This document shows, piece after piece, positions 29,385-44,900 of a stretch of 64,000 nucleotides of DNA; within the stretch, counting starts at the first letter, position 1, and each line of letters starts with the position of its first letter. A program made the position numbers and the translations under genes. The stretch lies in the NCBI RefSeq assembly GCF_009914755.1, contig NC_060929.1. The stretch is one strand, 5' to 3'. A model generated the notes under the pieces. It saw only the letters and a program-made list of their open reading frames with translations, did not search any database and was not told where the DNA came from. The stretch comes from the human T2T-CHM13v2.0 reference genome, Homo sapiens.

Positions 29385-29690
29385 TTTTTATTTATTTATT
29401 TATTTTTGGAGACGGAGTCTCACTTTGTCACCCGGGCTGGGGTGCAGTGGCGTGATCTTGGCTCACTGAAAGCTTTGCCTCCCAGATTCAAGCAATTCTC
29501 CTGCCTCAGTCTCCCTAGTAGCTGGGAATACAGGTGCCCACCACAACGCTCAATTAATTTTTTTGTATTTTTAGTAGATATGGGGCTTCGCCATCTTGGC
29601 CAGGCTGGTTTCGAACTCCCGACCTCGTGATTCACCTGCCGTGGCCTCCCAAACTGCTGGAATTACAGGCATAAGACTCTAAGCCTGGCC
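29385..29690 (-). mobile_element. AluS element with (TTTA)n tail
   Basis: Antisense dimer ending CCTGGCC at 29690. Confidence 0.93.
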
Positions 29691-30099
29691 ATTTTTTAAT
29701 AATTGCCTTAGGGTGTAAATTGTACCACTTTAATTCATTACAATCAAATTTTAAATAATATTATACTGCTTTGCATACTTTGTAAAAATATTTCTTCAAT
29801 ATACTTCTAAATTCTGTTTTAATATCTTTGTTATAGTCAGCATACATTTTACTTTTACATATTCTCTTAAACGACCATGGATTGCTGTATTTTTTTAAAC
29901 TGGATGGTTATTATTTACAGAGCAATTAAAAATTTAAATTATACATATTTAATTTTTACCTCATTTATCGTTTCTGGAACTCTCCATATTTTTGTGTGTA
30001 GATCCAAGTGTCTGTCTGCTGTTGTGTATCAAACTTTCTGTAACTTTTTTATAGATAACTTGTGCTATAATAAATTATCTCAGATTTGTTTTGTGTTAA

Positions 30100-31218
<1,119 letters not shown>

Positions 31219-33087
31219 AAGAAGTATTTATCTTGACTTCGATTTTGAAAAACATTTTTTCGGGGGTATACAATTCTAACATTACTTATTATGTTCTTTT
31301 AGCATTTTAGAGATGACACTCACTTGTCTTCTGGCTTTACTAATTTTCTATGAGCAGTCTACTAAAATTTTTTCTTATGTTCCTCTTTTAGTAATGCATA
31401 TTTTTTCTCTGGCTGCTTTTCAGATTTTTTTTTCAACTGTAATTTTAAGCAGTTTGAATAAGATATGTCTAGGTTTTGTGCTTTAAAAAATGTTTGGAGT
31501 TATTAGTTTTTTAATTGTCTATTTTAAAAATGTTAGTTGTGCATAAGAGCACCACATGTAAAGACATCTATAGCTTGTAACATATGTGGTACTACCAACA
31601 TAAAAATAGCCCCAAAAAGATGAAAGAAAGAAACTGTTACCAGAACCCAGAATAATGAGTGTTGTGTAGAGCAAGCCAGAATGGGTTAACCAGAGACTAT
31701 AGAGCACAGAAAATGTTAATATAGTTCATATATGTCAGTGTCTGGGAAAGAGAGCAAGGTAAGAAATATTTGGAGGCTGTGTCTGGATGTGTAAAGAAAT
31801 GTGGTGCTGCACAGTCAAATTAAATGAACAGTTTGACTTCCAAATCAATAAGACGTGACTGTGACCTAACTGAACACACTGAAGATCCTATGGTGTGTAT
31901 TCCTAAGTCAGAAGACATAGAAAAAAGTTGAAATACATAAGTAAGTCTCATATGTATTTGGAAGGTTCAGGAGGTCATCATTAGATATTGTGTAGTTGTT
32001 TTATTTAAAATGTTAGAAACCAAAAAATAATACCTAGCTACATCTACTTGGGAAAGTTCTAGGCAAAAAAATAAATAAATTAAAAAAATTGAACTCTGAA
32101 GCCCAAATTGTTTATTTTCAAGATTGATAAATAATTAAAAATAATTTTCTAAAGAGAATCTTGGTGCTATTTCATATTCCATAGTGGCACGTTGGAACTA
32201 GACAGTTGAATGTCCAATACTTGCATTTATTATGATTCTCTCCAATATCCAGTCTTCTTGAAATCTGTTTTTTAAAAATACAAAATGCACCAGCTTTATA
32301 ATAATAATGCTTTACTATGCTAGATATATAATATGCTACAGTAATGTAATAATGATGTCTATAACAACAGCAAAAGTATCAAGAGCTAGTATTTTTATTG
32401 CATTTTATGTGCCTTGCATGTGTTTCCTTATTTCATTATCACTATACTTCATTGAGATAAATATTATTAACCTATGTTTCACCTAGTCCTATTTGTTTGT
32501 TATCGAAGAAAGGAAGACTATCGCATGTGTAAACAGTGTAAAAGACTGCTTACCATTTCTCATTAGTGGAAGGAAACTTTGATTTAAATGCATGCGTATA
32601 CATTGTAAGCACATAAGTGAACAGGTTTTTTCCAAGATATATACATTTTCAGTATTATTTCAGATTCTATTTCATTTCTCTACCAAAATTACTTGTGCTT
32701 TCCTCACATATATTGTTTTTGGAATACGTTTTTGATATATTTCTGCATTTTATAATCCTCTTAAGATCATTTAATTCCTTTCTTAAATAAACCCTTCCCA
32801 CAGGTTATATGACTAAGGCCATTGACAAACAAATGAATAATCATTAAACCTTCTGCTGAAAAAATTAACTCAAAGACCTTGGTCCCCATGATCTGAGAAG
32901 AATCTCCTTCTGAGAGAAAAAGACAAGAATCTCCTCTGTGTACACAGAAATCAGATTTCTAAGTCCTCAGTGTTAAGGATCACATGGTACTAAACAGAAA
33001 ATTCACCATGTTAAATGCTGCCTGTTAATGAACAAATATGTGGCCTTCCACCAGGATTTCCCTATGCAGATGTTTTTCCCTGTGAAA

Positions 33088-33510
33088 TTAAAATAAATGC
33101 TGCTGTAGCTCAAGTTTCCCGAGGAGCTGGAAACCAGGTAGTAAGATTGCATGTGGCTTTTGGGGAAAGTGAGTTAGGATTGGGTAAAGAAAGAAGTTAG
33201 GCTTCAATGAAGTCGCCACAAAGACCTGAGCCAATCCTACTGAGAATTCCAAGGCCAATTACCTCTTGGAGATGTTACAAATCGAGGCAGAGGGACCATG
33301 CCTTTTATTTCAACCATGACCAGCCATTGGACATAGGCTACCTCTGAGGTAAGGAGCATGCTTTTTTCTTCACATTTCCCTTAGCTAAAACCAATTCCTG
33401 GAAAGTGACACTATCGTGAGCTGTCAGCAGGCAATACTCCCAGCAGCTGGGGCAATGAAGAGCTCAGTCCTGAAGAAAAATCTTCATGGTCCCCTGCATC
33501 CAACCCTGCA
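33088..33510 (-). mobile_element. LTR33-like ERVL LTR
   Basis: CCAGCCATTGGACATAGGCT...GAGCTGTCAGCAGGCAATACTCCCAGCAGCTGGGG motifs. Confidence 0.65.
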
Positions 33511-33640
33511 TGAGTTTTTGATAAGATAGTAGAAGGTATTCCTAAAATAACTTTTCCTTTATCAGTATATATTGGTAATTTTCATGAGATATTGGATTGT
33601 GGCCAAAGATTAGAGTTTCCTATTAAAATAAGATTTTTTT

Positions 33641-33996
<356 letters not shown>

Positions 33997-34612
33997 CTAT
34001 TGTTTGCTATTTGTTTTTTCAAAAATAAGATATCACTTATGTAACATTTCAAGTATGTATGCAAAGGCAGCATTACTTTCAGCAGGAGAGGAGATAAGCA
34101 CGTTGGAGTGTGTGCTGTGCTGAGAACATTGCCAGAGCACTCATCTTGTGAGCACAGCTGGTAGAACTCTGTTAAAATGTTGTATTTGTCCTCTATTTGA
34201 AAACACCAGTGGCACAAAACCGGCCATACACCTTAATTTGCCCTGTTTTTAATGCTACCATCAATAACTGCATGTCCTAATAAATGCTGACTGCATTATT
34301 TCAGGAAATATACTTAGCAGAATACATGCCTCAGTTCTCAGTTTTTCAAAAATTACTCAAACATTTGAAGTTTTAATATGAAATCATTTTCATTTGTTAA
34401 GGGATTTCGTTGCTTACATAACACCGAATCCCCCACTTTCATACTTAACCTAGTGGCTGCTGCTTTTACTTCCTGTATTTCCCAATTAAAATGAAAACTA
34501 TTCTCATTGTTTTTCTGGTTATCTATTAGTATGTTAAAAAAAATGCAATGCAAAACATACTTAAAATCACAACCATTTTAAAAAATATTCTACAGTTTTG
34601 TGGAACAGTAAC

Positions 34613-35484
34613 TGTGACAGTTAATTTTATGTATCAACTTGACTGAGCTGCAGCATGATGAGATATTTGGTTAAGCATTTTTCTGGGTATGAGGGTATTT
34701 CTGAATGAGATTAACATTTGAATGGTAGACTGAGTCAAGTCATTGCCTTCCCTAATGTGAACGTGCCTCAATCATGGAAGGTCCATGGAAGGACTGAATA
34801 AAATAAAAGGCTGCCTAAGAAAGAATTATTTCCTTCTGCCTGATGGTCTTCACAGTAGGACATTAGTCTTCTCCTGCCTTTGAACGTAGACTAAGATCAC
34901 AACTTACACCATTGGCTCTCCTGGCTCTCAGGCCTTCAAACTTAGATGGAAATTATTCCGTAGGCTCGTTTTGGTCTACAGCTTGCTAACTGTAGATCTT
35001 GGATTTCTCAGCCTCCATAATTGTATCAGCAAATTTATTTTATCTTTTTCTTTTTCTTTTTCTTTTTTTTTTGAGACAGAGTCTCACTCTGTTGCCCAGG
35101 CTGGAGTGCAGGGGCGTGATCTCTATTCACCACAACCTCGACCTCCTGGACTCAAGCAATTCTCCTGCCTCAGCCTCCTAGGTGGGTGTGACTACAAGCA
35201 TGGCCACCCGGCTCAGCTAATTTTTGTATTTTTAGTAGAGACATTGTTTCACCATGTTGGCCAGGCTGGTCTCCGAACTCCTGACCTCAAGTGATCCTCC
35301 TGCCTCAGCCTCCCAAAGTGCTGGAATTACAGGCATGAGCCACTGTGCCCAGCCATATCAACCAATTTTTATGGTTAATCCCTTTTGCTGTCTCTCTCTC
35401 TCTCTGTCTCTGAGTGTGTGTGTGTGTGCGTGCGTGCCTGTGTGTAAACTGGTTTTGTTTCTCTGGAGAAACCAGATTAATACA
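34613..35484 (+). mobile_element. MLT2-family ERVL LTR interrupted by an Alu, with (TC)n(TG)n tract at about 35390-35445
   Basis: TGTGACAGTTAATTTTATGTATCAACTTGACT start; TTTCTCTGGAGAAACCAGATTAATACA end. Confidence 0.87.
35038..35354 (-). mobile_element. AluS/J element
   Basis: Antisense dimer; degenerate TSD TATCAGCAAATTT / TATCAACCAATTT. Confidence 0.93.
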
Positions 35485-35539
35485 ATGATGTCTAACAAAC
35501 AAACAAACAAAAAATCCGATTGTCAAATTGTACAATTCT

Positions 35540-35877
<338 letters not shown>

Positions 35878-36162
35878 TTATTATGGTTACTAATAATTCA
35901 GGCAACGAAGACACTCAGACAAAGCAGAGACAAGTCTGGGACATCAAGAACTATTTCCCAGGTTGATATTCCCCAAACGGACATGTGCTCTTGTGTCAGA
36001 ATAATAGATTTGGTTTCCAACTGCTTCACTGTGGATATCTACCAACAGAACAAGCATTTGAGTAATGACACATCTCCAGTTCATACTTGGTGAGATTATT
36101 TGTCTTACTTGACATTCTCTAGGGATCTGTCTCATAAACCCAAAGATCATTATTTGCTATAA

Positions 36163-36585
<423 letters not shown>

Positions 36586-36619
36586 TAAAGCTTTCTTCTT
36601 AATTCAGGGGATGTTACAA

Positions 36620-36760
36620 CTAGAATGGGTAGTATGTCACTTCTTTTATATTCTATTGGTCAGGATAGTCACTGGCCAGCCCAGATTCAAGGTAAGGGAA
36701 GACGGACTATATAAATGAATGAAAGAAGTGTCAGTGAGGGGCTTTTTTCACTCACCACAT
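36620..36760 (-). mobile_element. Old MLT1 fragment
   Basis: GTCACTTC...ATTCTATTGGTCA...GCCAGCCCAGATTCAAGG motif. Confidence 0.55.
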
Positions 36761-36959
36761 GCATAATTAAAATGAGATGAAATTAAATGTTTAAATAACA
36801 TCATATGGATGACTTTCGCTAAACTAAATCCTGCTAAGTGTTTACTTTACATGCTCATATTAGATTAAGATGTGATATTTCCTACAGAAAAATGTTTTTA
36901 TGACATTATAACTTTTAGATTTACATCCAGAAAAGGGCAAACATTATTTTTATGCATTA

Positions 36960-38180
36960 TTCCGTTTACTTATTCATTTAATGAAATAGTATTTCATAAA
37001 CACATACTTTGTAACAGAAATTGTGCTGGGCAATAAAATCTATTCTAAAATGAACAAGACTTTGTACTTGGTGTCTGCTGGCCTGTAATAGGAAAACTAA
37101 AAACTGAAGACGTGCTTGCAATACTGTATGACAGATATTATAATAGGGAGAAACAGAATTTTAAGTACACAGGAGTGATACCAAACCTAGCTTGTTTGGA
37201 AAAGCCTTTTCAGTGGAGATTGGCTCAATTAAATTTTCTAATTTAAAAGGACTGAGAGGATTAGAATATAAGTGCAGGCAATAATATAATACATACTTGA
37301 TTCAGCATTGGTTAAGACAAAAGTAGAGTGAAACCTGGTTGAACGTAAATATCTGTCTGAGATTGGAAAAGTAAATGGTGGCACACCATGAAGGCACAAC
37401 TTGTCATATTAAAGGATTTGACATAGCTCTGAGTCAACAAGGACTCCTAGAAGCAGACACATGCAAAGAAGTGGCTTTATCAAAGGTATGCAAATATCCC
37501 TCAGGCTTCTGCTTGGAGAATGGATAAATCAGAGATGGGAACTGAGGTAAACTATGAGTTGCGGGGAGGGAATTTTGGAGACAATTTTTTGGGTAACTCT
37601 GATAAAAAAAACAATGGTTACCTGAATTAAGTAGATGTTTCTTCAGAGACAGAGACTTGAACATGTAAGACAGATATTAAGAAGGTAGGTTTGACATGTT
37701 CAGAGGGCTTCGTGTAGATTAGGTGTGATTAAGTTATTTTCACATTTTTGGCTTGGATTCTGTGTTGTTTTATGAAGGTTCATTCATTCTGATATTTGAG
37801 GCCAAATGTTTCATGATATTAAATTAGGTTTGTAATGATCAGTGTTGAGGTGTTGATATAATATCTAGTAAGAAATTATATGCAGTATTTAGAATATAAA
37901 GAACACATTTGGGTGGCAAATATGGAGGAGCTATCTGCAAAGAGATAGTGACTGAAGGTCAAGAAGTGGATGGGAATGCATGCCAAAGGAAGTCAGAGAA
38001 GAGGAGAAAGATATTCTAAGGCCCTGAACCCTCATATCTGGGGACAGGCTATACCCAAGAAGGACAGTAAGAAGAGTGTTGAAAGGCAGAATGAAAAAGA
38101 GAGATATATAGGATTGTGAAAATCAAGGAAAAAATTAATTTTATTTTTATTTTTGAACTGGGAGATACTTAGCATATTTA
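36960..38180 (-). mobile_element. L2 fragments
   Basis: TTATTCATTTAAT...TGTGCTGGGC...ATGAACAAGAC L2 3' end pattern followed by purine-rich L2-like body. Confidence 0.55.
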
Positions 38181-38996
38181 AATACTAATGGGAAAATTGG
38201 TAAGAGAAACGAGGACAATTTTATATTTGGATGAATTTGTATTAAAAGTTAAACCCTTGGAGAGCAGAAGAAATATCTTGTTTTAGATAACGCAAGTGTG
38301 TCAGTGGGAGAGGTAGCTATTATTTTAATACCAATCTTGGAAAAATACTATATGCTTCATAAAACACTCTTTGAAAAATCACCTATCGTGATTTTGCATA
38401 TCTAGATTAAGAATATAGATAGCATAAGAATGTAATATAGAACATAAGCAGAGAGGAAGAGTTATTTCTTTTGTGATTTAAAAAGGCAATTTCAGATTCT
38501 GTATAATTTAAACAAAAGATATTCATACATCATATTCATACAAAAACTCATACTTTTCCTTTTTCTTGTTGTATTTATATTATTGAAATCTGACTACAAA
38601 AGAGTTTTGGAAAATTGCCTTTACTCAATAAAGAAGAGATTATAGATATATTAATTAATATCCATATTTCTATCTGTATTTATAGCTTGTTTAAATCAGC
38701 CACAATAGGGATATTAAATAATGTGATCAAACATTTTCCTATTGCTGAGATATACAAATTTTACTATTATAAATAAAATTAAATTTATTATTTATATGTG
38801 TATGTTATATATAATATATGTGTATATTTTGGCACATATGTATAGACATTGCTACACGGTAAATTTCTGATAGTAGTATTGCATAATTAAATTATATGTA
38901 AGAAAATCATGTACCAATTAATATAACTATCAACATAGCAGTAGGATATTCAGATGCATATAAACTCATTAGGTTTTTCATTTTAACAATATTTTG

Positions 38997-39115
38997 GAGG
39001 GTTTATATGCATCTGGATATACTACCGCTATGTTGGTAGCTGTATTAATTGGTACATGACTTGAGAGTTTATATGAATTTGGATATACTACAGTTATGTT
39101 GATAGCTATATTAAT
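38997..39115. repeat. Diverged tandem duplication, period 66 bp
   Basis: 38997-39049 vs 39063-39115, 46/53 identical by manual alignment. Confidence 0.9.
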
Positions 39116-39210
39116 GGCATATTATATATATATAAAATAGATACATACATATGTATATTTTTATAAAGGAACTTGACCAATTGGTGATCACACAGATAAC
39201 TGTAAAATTA

Positions 39211-39522
<312 letters not shown>

Positions 39523-41974
39523 TTAAGGAGTAATCACTCTTCTGTATAAAACTATAAAATAAATCACAAATCTTTTAAGATATAATTTAGGGAGCTTCTC
39601 TCAGTACAGAAGTATACTCTGAACAGCAATTTTGTATAAAATTATTTCCTACTCACCTCATAGCCAACAGAGTTGAAAATTAAGTGAATTTCAAGTGAAG
39701 TCAGGTGAAGTCATTCCATATTCATGACTCGATGTCTACCAAACAGAAATAGGATTATTTAAATAAGGATTTTGAAAAGTGTAATGGAGAACTATATTAA
39801 TGATATATGAAAAGTGATCCAATGGTCTGCAAATGACAGGAGTAAATACTATGTAGTCAAAATTTGGTTCGCATATGGATGTTTTTATCAGGAGTTATAT
39901 TGGCTTAAATTATAACCTGTGCTTGAGAAAAGGTTCATCCAGAAATGTAAGAAAAAAATTAATTAACCCATGCCAGCCAATTTATTTTAATTGCATTAAT
40001 CTCTATTCCAGTTCAGAAATAAGGCTTCTGAGATGCTATTTTCATTTTAAATTGAAAGCATTGGGAATTCAGTCTTAAAAGACACCCACTTTGCATTACT
40101 AACAGCTCAGTGATTTTATATTTAATATTCTTTTATGTTTTAATCCTACATGTGTGAACCATGTAACATTACACCTGAAAAAAAATCACGGGAATGCACT
40201 TACTGAGAGCTACACTTTACAGACATATATACATTCATACATCCTCAAAGGAATTACTTTTCTGTTTATATCATAAATTCAAAATCAATTACATCAGCTC
40301 TAATATTTGTTCAATCCCCACTTCTCTTACAATAGAAAACTATAAGATTTAACTCTTTTTTTCCTGCCATGTTTAAATGAATCTTCAGGACTAACTTCAT
40401 TATATTTCCCTATTAAAAGGGTAGTGCTATGAAAACAAAAAACTGGGCCCTATAGTTTAGGTGAAAGTTTATATATATTTACATATTTCTTTGTTTAATG
40501 TCTTTGTGAAGGCAGTAAGAATTTGTAAAATACAAATTAAGAAACATAAATTCAGAAATTTTATATATACATGACATTTATATATGTTATATATATGATA
40601 AAATCAGTCTGGGTAATTATGCAAGATTTAAATGTATATTTGCATTAGTATATTATGTATAAATTATTTACTTATATAAAAATTATATATAAAATATCAA
40701 TAAATATAATTTTAATTAGTTACTTATATTTCACTTTATATTACTCTAACAAGGAAGCTGGTATTTCATTAGTACACAAAAGTTCACTTAAACCAGGTTT
40801 TGTAGCTTGTATATTTAGATGATTGTGTGAATATGTTTTCATTTGTCAGTACCTCCATAGTGTGTGTATCTGATAGCTTAAAACAAATTTATTATCTAAA
40901 ACTATCTGCCTCAAATTTTATCAAAGATAGCTTCATTCATTGCCTTAATGTTACCTAAATATTTGTGACCATACACTAACACACATGCATATCTATTTTA
41001 ATTATTTGTCTCCTTCAAGTAATTAATATTTGCTTTAATTATATCATTTCTCCAAATCCTTTCACCCAAAAAAGTTCAGAGATGTTACAAATTCAAGTCA
41101 CCATCTGTCTTATATTCAAAATAATAGTATAGTAACTGTTTGCCATTTGCATTAACTAGAATTAAAAGTTGAAGTTTTAACTTTTCAAAACAGAAAAAAA
41201 ATGTTTCTTTAATGTGTATTGGTCTTAACAGTTAAAAAACTCTAGATCCATAAAAATATTATGTGGTTTTTCATTCAACATTTGCATTGAGTGTACCAAT
41301 ACCAAGCAAATAATTTGATAAAATATTTCTTTCAAGAATCATGTATTGCCTTAGCAAGGTATTTTCATTTGCTGCTTATAATACCAAAGATGTGTTATAA
41401 ATAATCTATTCAAACGTATTTGAGAAATTTGTCATCATATATTCAGAGTTTCTTATTTTATACCTTTCTATATTCTGTAGTCTCCTTCAAATAAAGACAA
41501 AACTAGAAACTGCAAAGAATGTACACATTTGTGAATAATTTTTAAAAATTCTTTTAGAATTTGGTGTTTTATGAAGCTGGAAAACAGATGGAAATTTTAC
41601 ATGGCCTTTCCTGAGAAATAGCACTATTATCTTTATCAAGATTTTGATTGATTACAGCCAGAGGTCAAAAAGTGGTAGTTAGCCAATTATTCCTGTCACT
41701 AGCAATTCTACTCATATAATTATAAATATAGTACCTGTGACACATTCACACAGTATTGATTACTCTATGAGAGTCATTCTGAAATGCAGTTAATGATTCA
41801 ATAACAGTGTTCACATCATAATAGAATAATCAGAGATATTGGAGAAATAGAAGCATAAGATTTGGAAGCAGTAAATAGTTTAATGTACATAATTTGGGTC
41901 ATTTTTATTTACATTTTTATATTTAGAGTACTGAAACTCTTAAATTAGAAATAAAAAGCATAATTACAGCTTAG

Positions 41975-44900
41975 TTTTTTAACTTTTATTTTAGGTTTGA
42001 GGGTATATGTGAAGGTTTGTTATATAGGTAAATTCATGTCACAAGGGTTTGTTTTCCATATTATTTTATTACTCAGGAATTAAGCCAAGTACCCAATAGT
42101 TATTGTCTGCCAACAAAGATAGTTTGACTTCCTCTTTTCCTATTTGGATGTCTTTTATTTATTTCCCTTGCCTGATTGCTCTGGCCAAGACTTCTGATAC
42201 TATGTTGAATAGGAGGGGTGAGAGAGGACGTTCTTATTTGTGATGGTTTTCAAGGGGAATGCTTCCAGCTTTTGCCCATTCCGTATAATGCTCTTATTAT
42301 TTTGAAGAATATTCCTTCAATACCTAGTTTATTGAGAGTTTTTAACATGAAAGGGTGTTGCATTTTATCCAAAACTTTTTCTGCATCTATTGAGACAATC
42401 TATGTGGTTTTTGTCTTTAGTTCTGCTTATGCGATGAATCACACGTATTGATTTGCATGTGTTCAATCAACCTTGCATCCTGAGGATGGAGCCTACTTAA
42501 TCGTGGTGGACTAGCTTTTTGATATGCTACAGGGTTCAGTTTGCAAGTATTCTGTTGAGGATATATGCATCTATGTTCAGCAAGGATATTGTCCTGAAGT
42601 TCTATTTGTTGTGTCTCTGCCAGATTTTGGTATCAGGATGATGCCGATTCTTTGGAATAGTTTCTGTAGGAATGGAACCAGCTATTTGTACATCTGGTAG
42701 AATTTGGCTGTGAATCCATCAAGTCCCGGGCTTTTTTTGGTTGGTAGGCTACTTATTACTGATTCAGCTTTGGAGTTCATTATTGGTCTGTTCAGGAAAT
42801 CAGTTTCTTCCTGCTTCAGTTTTGGGAGGGCGTATGTGTCCAGGGATTTATCCATCTTTTCTAGGTTTTCTAGTTTAAGTGCATAGACATGTTCATAGTA
42901 GTCTCTGATGGTTAAATTTATTTCTGTGTGATCAGTGGTAACATTCCCTTCATCATTTCTGGTTTTATTTATTTGGTTCTTCTCTCTTTTCTTTTTTTTA
43001 ATGTACCAAGGGGGCTATATATCTTATTAATTTTTTCAAAAAACAACTCCTGGATTTGTTGATCATTTGAATGGTTTTTCATGTCTTAATTTCCTGAAGT
43101 TCAGCTCTGATTTTGGTTATTTCTTGACTTCTGCTAGCTTTGGGGTTGATTTGTTCGTGCTTCATTAATTCTTTCAGTTGTGATATTAGGTTGTTAATTT
43201 GAGATCTTTCTAACTTTTTGTTGTGTGCATTTAGTGCTATGAATTTCCCTCTTAGCACTGCTTAACTGTGTCCCAGAAATTCTGGTATGTTGTATGTTTG
43301 TTCTCATTAGTTTCAAAGAACTTCTTTATTTCTGCCTTAATTTCATTATTTACCCAAATGTCACTCAGGAGCAGGTTTTTAATGTCCATGTAATTGCATG
43401 ATTTTGAGCAATTTTCATAGTCTTGACTTCCATTTTTATTGTGCCATGTTCCAAAAGTGTGTTTGGTATGATTTTGATTATTTTGCATTAGCTGAGAATT
43501 GTTTTATGTCAAATTACGTGGTTAATTTTAGAGTATATGCCATGTGGCAATGAGAAAAAAGTATACTCTCTTGTTTTGGGGTGGTAAGTTTTATAGAGGT
43601 CCACCAGATCCACTTGGTTCAATGTTGAATTCAGGTCCTGAATATCTTTACTAATTTTCTGCCTTGATTATCTGTCTGCTACTGTTAGTGGACTGTTGCA
43701 GTCTCCCACTATTATTGTGTGGGAGTCTAAGTCTCTTTGTAAGTCTCTAAGAACTTGCTTTATGAAGCTGGGTGTTCTGTGTTGGGTGCATATATATTTA
43801 GGACAGTTGGATCTTCCTGATTATTTGAACCCTTTACCATTATGTAATCCCCTTATTTGTCTTTTTTTTTTTTTATCTTTGTTGGTTTGAAGCCTGTCTT
43901 GTCTGAAATTAGGATTGCAGTCCCTGCTTTTTTTCTGTTTTCCATTTGCTTCCATCCCTTTATCTTGAGTGCATGGGTGTCACTCTATGTGGGATGGATC
44001 TCTTAAAGACAGCGTATCATTGGGTATTGCTTTTTTATTCAGCTTGCCACTCTGTGCCTTTTAAGTGGGGCATTTAGCCCAATTACATTAAGTTAATGTT
44101 TATTTGAGTGGATTTGTTCCTGTATTGTATTGTTAGCTAGTTATCTTGTTGGCTTGTTTGTGTGGTTGCTTTGTAGCGACATTGGTCTGTATTTTTAACT
44201 GTGTTTTTGTATTAGCTGGTAGCAGTCTTTCTACATTTAGCGCCCTTTTCAAGATCTCTCGTAAGGCCGGTCTGGTGGTTAACAAATTCCCTCAACATTT
44301 GCTTACCTGAAAAAAAAATATTTCTTCTCACTTAGATTAGCTGGTTATGAAATTGGTGATTGAGGATGTTTTTTCTTTAAGAATGTTTAACATAGGCCCT
44401 AAATCTCTTCTGGCTTCTAGGATTTCAGCTGAAAGTTCTGCTGTTCCCTTTGTAGGTGACCTGCCCTTTCTCTCTAGCTGCCTTTAACATTTCTTTTTTC
44501 ATTTTGAACTTGGAAATTCAGATGATTGTGTGTCTTGGGGATGTTCTTGCTGTGTAGAATCTTGCAAGAGCTCTCTATATTTCTAGAATTTGACGTTAGC
44601 CTCTCTAGCAAGAATGGGGAAGTTTTCATGGATGATCTCCTGAGATGTTTTTCAACTTGTTTGCTTTCTCCCCTTCTCTTTCACAGATGCCAATGATACA
44701 CAGATTTGGCCTGTTTACATAATCCCATATTTCTCAGAGGTTGTGTTCATTCCTTTTTCTTTATTTTTTTCTTACTGTCTTATTTCAGAAAGCCAATTTC
44801 AAGTTCTGAGATTCTTTCCTCAGCTTGGTTTATTCTGTTGTTAATATTTGTGATTGCATTGTGAAATTCTTGTATTGTGTTATTCAGCTCTGTCAGACCT

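Noticed and set aside
42090-42125. Spliced L1 RNA as cause of the large deletion
   Set aside because: The expected missing segment does not begin GT and end AG by my recollection of the consensus; a short microhomology fits better.
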